Assembly (NCBI GenBank): GCA_051294905.1
Contig: CM119372.1
Span: 15,316,001 to 15,380,000, forward strand
Direction: 5' to 3'
DNA from: Botryllus schlosseri
Taxonomy: Eukaryota
Length of the DNA stretch: 64,000 bases
How positions within the stretch are numbered: position 1 is the first letter of the stretch; each line of letters starts with the position of its first letter. The notes under the pieces were generated by a model. That model was not told the origin of the DNA. It saw only the letters and a program-made list of their open reading frames with translations, and did no database searches. The translations under genes were made by a program, and so were the position numbers. This document shows positions 25,833 to 38,863 of this stretch, piece after piece.

Positions 25833-27121
25833 TTAATATGTCGGCTGATGCAGAGTAGATAAATTGGCTGCATTGAGATATATTGACGTACAGCACGGTC
25901 AGGGGGCTCATTGACTCTACATATAGTGATCAACTCCACCCCCTTTTTATACCGGTCACTGCATCACTAAACTATCAGTTGTGATTGTGATTAGCAAACA
26001 CACACAGCCGTTTCATACTTAACTATAACTCCAGTATTGATCGATTCACAGAAAGCCGCGACAGCTATCAGGGAGCTGCGCACCAAAATAGTGAGTATTC
26101 ATGTTATGAAAAATCAGTGTACATATTTCGTAATTGCTTGGAGCGTGAGAAACTTTTGAAGTTAATAATGTATTCTGTTAATAATGTTGATGCTTGCCTA
26201 TATTGCGATCAATTCCTGATCTTCACTCAGCAAAAGTGATCAGATTACACATTATACGAATCCAAGTTGTAATTTTCTGCGACGTATACCTGAATTAATA
26301 ATGTAGGACAAATAATGTGATAAACCCCTGTCTGAAGAAATCCCGCTACGCGTATCTTCAAAGCAATGTCTCAGATGTATTATTATTCTCGGATCATTTA
26401 CGCAATTGTTACACGGAAATAACTGATGATCCTAAATGAATAATTACAACGAGACCATAAACACTGTTATAGAGAAATTGCTATGACCAGACAAGCATTG
26501 AATAACTATTGAAAAAATTCGATTGAACCATTATATGTAGGGTGAGGTTTTGTCCTATGTAGCCTACTCAGGAAATCGAAAATGTCGTCCGAGGACGCCT
26601 AAATGCACTCCTTTCTGAGAATTCGTCATCCTTTACAGATTTTACGGCTAGGCTAATGGACAGGCACAACCAAAAACACGCCCTAAATTACGCGCAATCT
26701 GCAATGGGGATGTTCGAGCGGGTCTTTCTGGACTGAAAAAAAACTTTTTTGTTTTTTAGTCAACACCACAGCAGCATTATTATAAAGTGTGTCATTCGGG
26801 AGACGAGCCGGAAAGAGAACCTTTTTTCAGTCAACACAACAGGATTTCCTGAAAAAATGTTGTAGAATCAGCAGTTTCGGAGTCCGGTCTCAAGGTCTCT
26901 CACTCAAGGATATCGCGAATTTTCACCGAAAATTTTTCTTACCTGAGCATCCATATTGCCAGACAACATTATCGATCGAATAGAAGACAATTGTATTGAT
27001 AGAGAGTTACGCGAAGCCATTTCACAAGGATACGCACATGATGTAGAATATTACAAAAATCCGCTAGGTGAACTATTTTCATATTATTATGACGTCACAT
27101 GAGCATATAGTTCTCATAAGA

Positions 27122-27528
27122 TGGGGTTACCATATTTTGGAAATCTGAAAAGAGGGCACTTTTTCAAAATTTTCAGACTTGCAATACCGGAAGAAACCCC
27201 TGAAAAAATGGTAAATTTTTTGCACTTCGTGGCCGGTTGACTAAAAAAAGGTCAAATTTCCTGCTCAGGTCCCAAAATACAGTCTTTCCTTGCCCATTAT
27301 CAGTTGGTTGACTCAAAAAAGTCAACTTTCCGGCTCAGCTCCCGAAATAGCCGCCGGTGCGTTACTTAAGTGCTGGTTTACTCTATCTCAGTCGAATTTT
27401 GCCCTATATTTAACCAAAATTCTCAAAAAAGAGGACGTCCTCCGACGACAGGCGTCCTCCGAGGACACTTTCAAAAAAGTAAAAATAGAGGACAAATCCC
27501 CTTTAAAAGAGGACGTATGGTAACCCTA
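27122..27528 (+). mobile_element. MITE with GAGGAC repeats, 8-bp TSD
   Basis: TGGGGTTACCATA ... TATGGTAACCCTA; TSD TCATAAGA/TTATAAGA (7/8); an inverted partial relative lies at about 26570-26900. Confidence 0.8.
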
Positions 27529-27849
27529 TTATAAGATGATTGACCTTTGACAATACAGCGATGACTACTATAGGTCAGTGGTTCTCAATTTTTCTGTCTT
27601 TGCGGACCCCCTTTGGGCCGTCACGCCCCCCCATACACATACACTAAATTATATTTTAAATATAGCTCAGTCATCATGCAACAGTCACCTGTCTTGTGCA
27701 AATAGTAACTGTAGTATAAACAGCAACAAAATGACTTTTGTCGAAAATAACATGATAGGCCTACTATTTATGTAGAACTTGGGAAGACTTTTATTATTTC
27801 AAAGTGAATTCTGTATCTGCATTTCTTGAAATACGTGGTTGTGTGCTGA

Positions 27850-27990
27850 AAATTCGCGTCGTCGATTTGATATGAACTAGTGCCGAAAATCCAATTCCAC
27901 AAAGATATAAGGTGGCGAATGTAATAATAACGCGTAACGCTTCCGTCGACATCGTTGGGTATGATGGTCGCAACATATATGGCACCAAAA
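27850..27990 (-). pseudogene. hAT-Charlie/Buster-type transposase C-terminal remnant (element end CAGTGGTTCTCAA at 27576)
   Basis: SYPTMSTEALRVIITFATLYLCGIGFSALVHIKS matches the YP.LS..AL..L.PF.TTYLCE.GFS...IK motif. Confidence 0.8.
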
Positions 27991-28385
27991 TTGAGAAATA
28001 CAATTGCTAATAAACATAGAACTTCCAGCCTAGTCTTTTCTATTTATACCAGCTCATCTTGAAGAGATTTTGGAATAGCGATTATACCATTCATAAGAGA
28101 AAATGGATTTTTTTCCAAATCCCCACCAACATTATCTTTAAATTCATATTTTCAGAATCGGTGCGACAGTAGCTTTCGATCAGGGATATATAGAACTCTA
28201 GGTCTATATCCCTGCTTTCGATGACCAAATTCAGTAAATTCAGCGCTCTGGGTGATAGCTTTTGGATTGCCAGAAATCCTACAGTCGCAGCCGCGAATCA
28301 ATCCAGATTCCAGCCTCCGCTTATCAGATCGAAACAGAAAAATTTGTCGTTGCCATTCCATGTTTACATTCGATAGTACAGCAGT

Positions 28386-28772
28386 TAGAGATGTACAGGA
28401 TCAGGATTTTTGATTCTAACCGGATAGGAATCCGTCATGTTTTTCTCAAACAAGATTGGATCCGGATTCACATTTTACACAACTGCCGGATCTGGATCAC
28501 GACAGGATTTTAAATATACGGAATTCGCTTTCTGATTGTTTACTTCGATGTTTTGAATGATCTTGGAATCAGCTGACTTCAGCGTTGCACCAGTATTTTG
28601 AAAAATCCCTGATACAGAGTCAAATAGCTGTTCAACCTTGTTCAGAATATTTTTGGATCCAGATTTTAACATTTGAGACAGAAACGGGATCCGGATTGAA
28701 TGAGGATTCCATTTTATCGAACGGGATCGGATCCTTATCCCGAAAACCATGATCGGTACACATCTAACTATA
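28386..28772. mobile_element. MITE with GGATC/CCGGAT subterminal repeats
   Basis: TAGAGATGTAC ... GTACACATCTA; flanks ACAGCAGT/ACAGTAGT. Confidence 0.65.
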
Positions 28773-29926
28773 ACAGTAGTTGCAATACTACTAGCGTAAC
28801 AATTTACAACGTAGCTACGTTGTAAATTGCTATGCTACTAGACATTGATTCCGTTGATTTAGTACAGTGGTTCCCAACCTTTTTCGACCTTTTCAAGCTC
28901 CAAAACGACCATCGCCCCCAAATATTGGGAACCAAAAAATGGGCATACAAACTGTAATCACCGGCGAGTTGACTAAAAATGGTCAACTTTTTGACTCGAC
29001 CTCGCAATTACACTTTACAGCTAAATTTTCGTGAGTTGACTAAAAAAGGCTCCAATATAGATGTTCGCGCCATCGCCTCCCTATCGCCCCCTTCGTTATT
29101 TTCGCCCTCCCCGAGACCGCCAAATCACCCCCCTTTTTGTTTTTTGCTTCGTGCTTGAAATGATCTTTGCCCAATATCATAAATGGGGAAATCCCTAGAG
29201 TTAACTTCCATCACGGCATCACCGAAGTCAATGAGTGACTTTGAGTTTCAAGTTCCACTACAGATACCAGTCATCGTTATCCTTTGATTTATAAGTATTT
29301 TCATCAATTCAAGTCACGATAACACGAAAAGATAGGATGGTGTTGAAATGACTAAGACAGTTAGTTACATTAGATATATATTCCCATCAATGGAATATTG
29401 CAATGGAACTAATCGAGCTAAAATGAAACTGTAAAAGTGAAACTGAATCACGGCATGTAAAGGAGAGAATTAAGTATTTGATGAATAAGGTTATTGAATA
29501 CGATATAGATTAGATGTTTGTAGAAATGGACATCGGTCTATTACTGTGGACTGTGGAGTACTTAATGTGGGTAAAGGTCAAGCAATCTACGGCCGTAACA
29601 CCAATTTTTTATGGGCTACGGGGTAGACTCTAGGAGGGTCCTGGATTGTGTGTCTTGAGTACTTCGAACACCTCTGCTCATATCACACTCAAATTTGAAT
29701 TTCACCATGGTGAGGTCACAATTGATGAAAGTACGGTAACAGAGAAAGCAAATGCCTCATTTTGTTTATCTTTCCTCACATGTGCAACTACACGTTCGAA
29801 AAATGGTATTTGGAATCAACAATTTGACGACATAAGTTTTCCCTGTGCTCGCAACGAGCTTCATCCAAGAAGTGAACATGAGTTGTGTTGCAAAAAATTC
29901 GACCCAAACCGCTGATACCTACTCAC

Positions 29927-30180
29927 CCCCGTTGACAAGAAAGGGATCGCCGAATACGCTTCCCGTGTAAATCCCAGTTGCGGATTCTAGTAGGTGCCGG
30001 ATCCAGGTATTACCCGACCCGGGAAAACTGATCAGGCCGACTTTCCGATCCAATTCCCCTACTTTCAAAAATCGTTTATGCTCACACCGCTTGTCTTCAC
30101 TATTCGTGCGATATACAATAACGTAATTCCGATCGCTCCCTGAACATCGAGTCATATTCACAGGTCGAGACAAGTCGAAC
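29927..30180 (-). CDS. WSCD-like exon: end of second WSC domain plus sulfotransferase 5'-PAPS-binding loop
   Basis: [19 protein letters not shown]...[26 protein letters not shown] resembles WSCD1/2 (LASFPGAGNTW.RHL.E.ATG.YTGS); AG/GT boundaries, phase 2 to 1. Confidence 0.9.
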
Positions 30181-30248
30181 CTGCAACGCAAATGTTGATA
30201 ACAGGTCAGATAAAGATTAACTTAGGTTGCAGATCAGACTGTGCTTAC

Positions 30249-30453
30249 TTTGCGGTAGTCAAGCCGCAGTAACAAACATTCGTGTTTGTCGGAATAGCCA
30301 ATACCAGGCCAACATACTCGCATTGAAGCAGGCATCGCGCTACGACCATGTCCCCAATGACGGAGTACTCGTCCATGAATGCGCGGAGATTATTAGGCTT
30401 GCGATAGCATCCAATCACCGACTTTTCGTTCACAATATTGGCAAGCGGACCAG
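30249..30453 (-). CDS. WSCD-like exon: second WSC domain
   Basis: IGCY...CLLQC...LA...CYCG cysteine pattern; splice phases (1 to 2) join both neighbouring exons in frame. Confidence 0.88.
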
Positions 30454-30986
30454 CTGGAACGATTCGAGTAAGCAGCGATTCATCAGAAGTGTAGCCAGGG
30501 TGAAAATGTTAGAGGGCCAGTTGAAAATTTAGGCGAAATTTATCGAACAAAAACATTGTGGCATTTAGTTATTCAAACGTGACGTTAATATGTCAAAGTG
30601 TTTGGGCACACAGGACCCCGCTCCTTCTTTCTGTAAATGCCAGTGGTGATGCTGCTATGTGGGATAACAATAACTATACCAACTATATGATTATAGCGTC
30701 ACCATAGTAGCACAACACGTACATATATTAAATTACGTCTATCAACATAATGCTCGAAAAACAATGAATTCTTCTCATAATCGTATCTGCTAAAGTTGAT
30801 TCTTGATGCTAATAAATTCAGTTTGGTCGGTAATAATGGTATGCTTGTTCAATATTGAGTACCAAATTTAATGAGTTTTTTTTAAATAAAGTAACAATTT
30901 TATAACTACCTTTTTCAAATACTTCGTTAAAAGACTCATTCATGCCAAGGCCTTATTGAACAGACAAAGAATACATATTGGGTTAC

Positions 30987-31186
30987 CTGGTTTACACTGT
31001 GATTTCACTAGGTATACCATCGTTAGGTCTCTGTAGCCACCACACATTCTTGATTCATCACCAACGCAAGGTAATTTGCATTTATTTCCACCTTCTTCTA
31101 TGGCGATGAATGCACGGGGATAGTAGCTACAAATACATTCATTTCCGTTTCTTATTCCAGCAAAGACAAATTTCTTCTGCTTCACC
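30987..31186 (-). CDS. WSCD-like exon: C-terminal half of first WSC domain
   Basis: FVFAGIRNGNECICS...CKLPCVGDESRMCGG...MVY is a classic WSC signature; AG/GT, phase 2 to 1. Confidence 0.9.
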
Positions 31187-33020
31187 CTGGACAAGACATA
31201 CATAAGTTTAACAGGGCTGAAGTAACCAATGGAAAGGATCGCTATCACATCTAATTCGAGCATCTCTTATATCAGTGTTTCTCAAATTCTTTCCCAACGT
31301 GTACCAGCGGTGCCAGCACTAATTCGATTTTTAACACATGGCGTACCTCCAAGTTGTTTTTCACTACACGGCTACCACCTAAATCAGTGGTTCTCAACCG
31401 CCGGTCCGCGACGACATTCCTGCCGGTCCGCCAAGCATATTAGAATTTTATACTTTAATTTCAAGATGCAATGTTGAAGGCTTGTTCATTGATAAAATAA
31501 ATAAAACATCAAATTTTAAACTGATTGATAACTTCCTGAGGTAACATTAGGGCTGGAAACATGTTCGATTTGACTTGAAGTTCAAGACGTGTCATTTGAC
31601 GATATGCGAGCGGCAAGTACACAGAACAGATACGAGCCGACTCCTCGCTAAACAGCGCAGTTTGATCATTGGTTTTCGATTCATTCATTTTGTGCAGGAC
31701 CGTAACTGGGGCACCACAAACCGCCCAATTGGAGAGGGGCCGAGCTTGAATAGGGCTCAAAATTATTTCGCAAATGAACATAAATCATAGCGTATTTATT
31801 TGAAACTTTTTCTAACATTTTTCAATTTCTTTTCGCGCTTTTCACGATTTAGTATCCCTAAATGTCTTGCTTATTAGGTGCCCTTTTCTGAGAAATACGT
31901 AATGATTTATTGGTATTTTGGCATCAGCCATTACCACGCCACGACGCACCAACACATAATCAAGCTTGGGCCAAAAATTTGGCCGCGAGAAAACTGCTTC
32001 ACTCGTGAATGATCGAAAATTTTCTCTATTGGCGCGATTAAGCTACGTAAACTCTCTGCTTACGCTGAGTAGAATGGATGTGCTCACAAGAGTAGTATAG
32101 TCGATCGGTCGTGACGGGCTATAGGGTTCTTATGGGCGGGGTGGTGAGGTGCCTGAAAACCGGGGGTGGTGAGGTGACCCTTATCTCTTATGGCGGGGGT
32201 GGTGAGGTGCCATTGTGTCTTATGGCGGGGGTGGTGAGGTGCCATGTGTTCTTATGGGTGCGTCGGCATATCGTACTTTCGGGTGTAGGCATCTCTCGCA
32301 CATCGTACTTTCGCATGTCGTACTTTCGCGTATAGGCTGTGTTGGTGATTCGGTATGTGTTCTTATGGGTGCGGTCGTGATTCGCCTTTTCGGGTATAGG
32401 CCGCGGTCGTGATTCGCCGTGAAAACTCGTGGTCGTGACTCGCCTTTTTTGCTATAGGCGGTTGCGGCGATTCGCCTGTCGTGTATTCTTACGGGATCTG
32501 TGGTGATTCACCATGTGTTCTTATGGGTGCGGTCGTGATTCGCACTTTCAGGCATCTCTCGCGCGGTGTTGAATATGTACGAGTCACCAACAATAACCGC
32601 GCAAACGGAAACGTGGTTTGTCGTGAGGATTAAGCAGTGCGTGCGACCTATATTTCGAATGACCTGTGCGCTGAATTATTTCTCGTCCAGCCGCTACTAT
32701 CGATTATTACACTATTCCATTCAGTGCGAAATAGTTTGATCGTAAATTATGATATATGATGTCGTAGTTTAGTCGTATCAAATGACCGATCGTGTTCTCT
32801 CTTTCCTCGCTATTGATTGCTACCTGAATAATATTTTCGGCTTATTCACTGTTTCGCGCCTACAAAATAGTCTGCTGTTCATAGTCACAGATTCATCGCG
32901 ATAGCACAATTTTCACACCTCGATCAGTAGAACAACACCGCGCTAACCCAGTTGTCGAATCACATAGGTCATACATTTACGTGAAATGAAATATTGTATT
33001 GCGATATACAAATATGCAAA

Positions 33021-33635
33021 CTATTCTTTCAATTCGACAAGTCTAGTTAACTGATCGATTTTCAATCTGCCGACACAGTTTTTAACACGAGTGAGTTGAT
33101 ATTTCTTCCCGGGTACGAGCGAGGCTTTGTTCCATTGATCCAAAACCACCTCACCAGTATCATCCTTCAATGTAAAACTGTGTAATTTCAACTCCTTTCC
33201 GGCACCAGAATTGACCATCTTCTCCTCTCGAGAAACACAAGTAGCGGCGATCGAGACGTATTCATCTTTATTTCCGTATACCGATTCACAGGTCAATAAT
33301 GGGTATTCTTCAGTCGTATGTCTCGATTTTCCATGTATGGTTACTGACGAAGCCCGTCCCAGTAATACAGCAGGTTTTCCAGTAAATTTGTCAATTTGGA
33401 TCCAACCGGATTTGACCATGAGTTTTTTTCGTCTGGAGAATGCTTTCTCAACGACCCCGAACAATTCACGATTGAAACACGTGAAAGATATCTCTTCGTT
33501 ATTACCGTCGATGAATATACCTTTGATATATTGGCTAACGCCACCTCTTTTGGGTGATGAGACGAATTTGACGCCGACGTGAAAATTTGAAGCGGCTCCG
33601 ACTTGCATAGTGTTAATGATGCTGTTCGATGCCAT
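33021..33635 (-). CDS. Putative tandem OB-fold (RPA-like) ssDNA-binding protein, 204 aa, intronless, copy 1
   Basis: ATG-to-stop ORF; FIDGNNEEISFTCFN and FTLKDDTGEVVLDQWN..LVPGKKYQL resemble RPA OB-fold D.SG.I..T.F/W motifs; recognised by eye. Confidence 0.68.
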   Translation of the reverse strand: MASNSIINTMQVGAASNFHVGVKFVSSPKRGGVSQYIKGIFIDGNNEEISFTCFNRELFGVVEKAFSRRKKLMVKSGWIQIDKFTGKPAVLLGRASSVTIHGKSRHTTEEYPLLTCESVYGNKDEYVSIAATCVSREEKMVNSGAGKELKLHSFTLKDDTGEVVLDQWNKASLVPGKKYQLTRVKNCVGRLKIDQLTRLVELKE

Positions 33636-36600
33636 ATCGTTTGGTAAAGTGTCAACTTGAAATGTAACTCACTACACAAATCGAGTTGAATCGTATTTGA
33701 ATGTATTGATTCGACCCAACTCAAATCCTTTGACAAATCCTATTAACGCGATCTGTTGAATCGAACGTAACCTGAATATTACTGACGCCAACATTCACCC
33801 GCATCGGATCATTCACACATTCCACGCCGCTGTTTTAACACTTATAGAATCAATACCAACTATCTCTAACCCGATAATATTCAATCATTTTGGTAATTTG
33901 CCAACTTTAAATCCATTCGCGGGATGTACTAAAGGTAAATCCAAATAATCCAGAATGAAATATTTGGACTTTGACATTGCGTGAATTGAAATATATTGAC
34001 AAACATGACTACCAACTTTGATCCAGTCCCATTTCAAGATCATACTTTGAAACAATCCTTGAAACTGACAACTCTATTCACGACTCCGTTTCCGTTTGTA
34101 AAATAGAGTTTTAGAAATACTATCACTATGACAACTCAACATTTTAACATCTCGCCATGCACAAACGAGTAAAATACAAAAACCTTGGTAAGTCAATCCG
34201 TTTGTAGTAACTCACCAAACCAAAACAAAAAGTGTCCGTATGAAAAGTAGACAAGACTACGCGAGTAATCACTACAACCTACAAACATACCAACTCAGTT
34301 GTATCCATATCCCATATTTTTTATTCAACTGTAAGATGAAGTAATTACTACTTGGCGCGCGGTTTGAGATTAACACATTACATTTGAGTATACGAGATTT
34401 GAATGTCTGACCAACGTAGTTGAGAATTCTTACAATCGAACGATGGTGTTATATTCAAAGTTATCATGCTGTGGACAAAAGGATTGACGCATTGATTTGA
34501 CATATGAGATTTGTAATAGTCGATCATTACTTGATTATTAAATTATGACATTATTAGACCAGGGTTGTGTTGAAGGTTATTACGATACCAACAAACTTTT
34601 CAGAAACATTGTTATTAACATATCGATTTGTAAAACTAGATTAACATGTCTGAAATGTTTTGGTTGGGAAGATTAAGCCGTGTTCGTAAAAACCACGCAG
34701 CGTATTGTGGAAATCAGGAAATAATTTACAAATATAATTGTCTCCAGTAACCAAGACTAAAGATGAAACAACAATTTTCTTTGTTGAACAATAACCGGTA
34801 CAATACTTTATCGTCGTAATATGCGGTGGGAATTGAAACACTTTCGCACATTTCCCGGTGTCAAGATATCACACTAGGTGAATTGACATATCGCCGCTTG
34901 ATTAATGCTTAATCCGTTCACGCCATTTCACACACTTTGATCATTACAAAAAACAAATTGGAATATGTTTGCTAGATGCATTCAATTCGGTTAGAAATGT
35001 CTGGTACACAACAATCGTAATATCAATGAAGTACTTGCTACACTGTAATTCACTTAACGTGTTTTGCATTGTTGTTCATTTGTAGTATTGATTGTTTTTG
35101 AACCCCCAAATAATAATTCCCCGACATGAAACCAAACCGTTGAAAGTCGTTACCATCACAACGAACCAATTTGTACGATGTTTGCTAAATGCATCCTATA
35201 GTTAGGTGTACTAGAATTATTTGTCTAACACATACACCGACAATGCAATCGAAAATTTTTCCGTTGTCATTGCTAGAGTAAATGTCATCACAATACTCTG
35301 TCACTAAAAGACGTTACTTGTATGTGATTGAATCCCTAACAATTATCTCACTAAACCGAACTCCAAAGAAATTTTACTCACTCGACGGATATGAAACAGC
35401 GTCGCTTAATCGGTCTATATCGTTTTTCTAAAGGTAAATCATATCCATCCAATAGAAAACAATTTTCACTAGCTTGGTAATGAAACCGAAGTCTTCAGTC
35501 GATATTTTGTTTGCGTCAAATACTTTGTAATAAACACATTTGAGTGGTTGAGCTTTACATCATCAAGCTGTCATCTGTAAATCGAGATTACATCCGACTT
35601 GTAACTCTATCGTTTAACTAACCGAGTTGTATGCACAGTTTGATATTTTGGTCATTTAGTGATTGCTGAACATACCAAACGATGCACACCCACCGCCGAA
35701 ATACTGCGTTGATCTTAATTTCCATCATCGTGATAATCGAAGTACATTTCTTTCGAATTCGTAACAACCGACTACGACATGATAAATTTTTGACAAGTTT
35801 ACTTAGAAGGTTTGTTGCATATCGCGAAAAATAATATACCACTCATATTGATACTGTTACTTCATTGATCGATATTTTCAAACGAGTAAAATTTATTACT
35901 TGAGTTTCTCCGCTTAATGTAAATGTAAAGTCAGTCGTCTTTTAACATCCCAAATACATTGATAAAAAGTAGGCAATCAAACACAACACTTTGTACGACA
36001 CTAATTATTGTTCCACACATCTCATTTCATACTAAGTGTATACGAAAGATATTCACGACACATGAAAATATTCGCTCATGCTACGAACATACGCAATGAT
36101 TGGTGGTGCTTTCAAACTCTTTCGATATCACAAGAATTTTATTGTCTGAATGGGTGTTCATGTATCTTAATAATCAAATAGTTCAACACAGAACTAGTAC
36201 TAACAGAAACATCAGAGAGTTGTTTACACAAAAGTTTGTATGTGTACAGTATGCGAATACCATGTGTAAGTCCAGCACAATTGCAGTATCCATCCGAGTA
36301 TAGTCAACACAAATTTATTACAACGGAGCCACGTAAACTTTCGTGAAAGAAAAGCATACTCACTTCCAGAGGGTTATGTCAACACCATAGCAGTAAATCA
36401 GCTACTCCAACAACAGAGTACATATGTTTTCTAGTTACGGTGCTTACATCTTACACACAAATCAATCTAGTTTGCTAACGAAAAGTGCTGAGTCATCAAG
36501 TGATTGGCCTAGCAACAAAACAACTAGTAGATATTATCATTCAAAATATTCCTAACCCTTTACACACCAGTGACAAATCATACAACGAATATGTTTTGTG

Positions 36601-37221
36601 GGTCGAATTGTTGTTCAGTGTCAAGTCTACCTGTTGAAACGTACATTAAAACAGCGCAATTCAATTAAAACCACGAATCTATTTTCATTTCCTCACAAAC
36701 TGTCACATACAGAAAAATAAATTTTATTCCGCCAAAACATACTTGTAACCAATCGCTTTCATTAAACACACAACACCATAAAAGTATTTACTTTCTACAA
36801 CATAGACATTCCGACGTAGTCAAGAAATATTTTTATTAATCAAAATCATCGACTTCTGTTTACGGCGTTAGTGTGTGCATGTCATACATGTGGGATCCGT
36901 ATTAAAATGGACACGACACGACTGAATGTAAGGAGATAGAAGTCTATCGCATAGATTTACATGTGGTCTTCGCTACGGTTTCAAAAAACGAATCATCTCT
37001 TTTGCATTGATCGAGACCGAGCAAGTTAGTTAATGGCCATGATTGTGTTTGTCATATGCGAATGATAGGGTTACTGTCAAATCTACATACAACAACCTTC
37101 TGGCACTCATAATAGCAATTTCATTCTCTCCCTTCGTAATTGTAGACTCACGACAAGTATATTGTACAACTCGACAGCTACGTTTAACAACACCAACGAC
37201 ACTAAACATACGATACCTACC

Positions 37222-37750
37222 CAAGTAAAATTACCATTTTCACTTGGAGGTCAGTCGTTACCTGAGTAAAAATACCGATATTCTTTGAAGATTTATCGTT
37301 TAATCAGAGTAACAAAACATTTTCACTTGGGGGTCTATCGTTTCCAAGAGTAACAAGCCGCCTTTCCTTTGGAAATCTATTTTTTCTCTGGATAACAAAC
37401 CTTTATCACTTGGAAATATATTTTTTTCCCTGAGCAACAAACCTTTTTCACTTGGGAATATATTTTTTCTCTGGATAACAAACCTTTTTTACTTGGAAAT
37501 ATATTTTTTCTCTGGGTAACAAACCTTTTTCACTTGGAAATATATTTTTATCCTACAGCAACAAACCATTTTCACATGGAAAACTACTTTTACCTAGAGT
37601 AACTAATAATTTTCTTTTGGAAATATATTTTCTCCCTGGGTAACAAACCCGTTTCGTTTGGAAAACTATCATTTACCTGAGTACCAATACCGTTTGCACT
37701 TGGAAATCTATCTTTTCTCTAGGTAACAATACCATTTTCGTTTTTGAAAA
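37222..37750 (+). repeat. Degenerate 41-bp tandem array, E2 left arm
   Basis: AACAAACCTTTTTCACTTGGAAATATATTTTTTCTCTGG(A/G)T-like units, about 13 copies. Confidence 0.9.
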
Positions 37751-38581
37751 CTGACAACCACACCCGACAATTCGATATTTTTGTATATTGTTACAACGGG
37801 CAGTGACAAAATATACACCAACAACGACTCCGATACATTTGTGCAATCGCATATTTACTTGTGTTGGTGCATCCCATCAAAATCATCGGTTACCCACATG
37901 CAATGTGCTCTTGTATATCGAAATGTATGTTTGGGAAATTGGACAATAGGTTTCGATAGGTCTGTGATGTCCGGGTTCGTGCTTTGGATTTTCCAGAGTC
38001 AAAATGTCTGAATAAAACACCTCCTCGACGATGGTTGGTATGTGGATAACGGTGTTCGGAAAACGGTTGGATTTATGTCACCCATCGCGATAACAATTCC
38101 AGGTCGAGTTTTCCCCGCATGTTTACTATATTGTGTCTTTATTGGTCATGTATGTCTCAACATTCAGTTTGAAATCGGAAACTCTGATAAAGTACGTAAC
38201 TGGATCCGGATATCAACTCTGAATCGATAAACCAATGAACAATATTCAAAGTAAACATGTTACACCCTGTGTTTCCACGAAAAAATACCATCCAGACATA
38301 CGTCGCGCTTGTTTGCCCACACCAGTATATGCGTAAATGGAGGTGTGTGACATTGCATGCAATGTGTTGGTATACAAACATCGATCCACAGACATTATCA
38401 TAGCCGGTAGTTTTGATGTAGATCGAATGTCATCACACCCGATAACAATACCAATAAGCCACATTGCAATGACTCTGAGTCAATCTGAAGCATGACATAC
38501 AGACACACAAACATGGAACCGTAACATGGGTTATTCGCACGACGGTGAAAGTGAACTATACAGCATATACCAATAGAGCGT

Positions 38582-38863
38582 TCACAGTCGAATATGCGAA
38601 CCACGCACAATCACATACCCTGTTTTTAGTTGGATATGTACGAAACCAATAAATCGATACATTTCTGTTCCTTCTACGTCAATAATACAAGCGTCATTCC
38701 AATGCATCGCTCGAATGTAAGGTTCGTCGGGTGTAAAATCCATGTCAAATAACACCAAAGTGTGCTTTCCGTGTTTTATTATTTCCACCGACGCTTCTTG
38801 TCTGTGTCGTAACACTATGGTGCGGGGAGTTGAAAAACGGTGGATTGTGAAACGGATTGACAT
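38582..38863 (-). CDS. Hypothetical 93-aa protein in the E2 spacer
   Basis: ATG-started MSIRFTIHRFSTPRTIVL...GSHIRL*, protein-like composition, no family recognised. Confidence 0.35.
   Translation of the reverse strand: MSIRFTIHRFSTPRTIVLRHRQEASVEIIKHGKHTLVLFDMDFTPDEPYIRAMHWNDACIIDVEGTEMYRFIGFVHIQLKTGYVIVRGSHIRL

Larger units (their letters stand above)
32091..38481 (+). repeat. E2 left arm of 6.4-kb inverted repeat
   Basis: Mirror sums are 77922 (outer) and 77881 (inner; one fewer 41-bp unit); very few substitutions seen. Confidence 0.97.

Noticed and set aside
33211..33736. 123-aa and 131-aa ORFs overlapping the OB-fold gene (and mirrors)
   Set aside because: Antisense or alternate-frame shadows with non-ATG starts.
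37222..37750. CRISPR-like array
   Set aside because: The units are contiguous degenerate tandem repeats without unique spacers; the context is eukaryotic and there are no cas genes.
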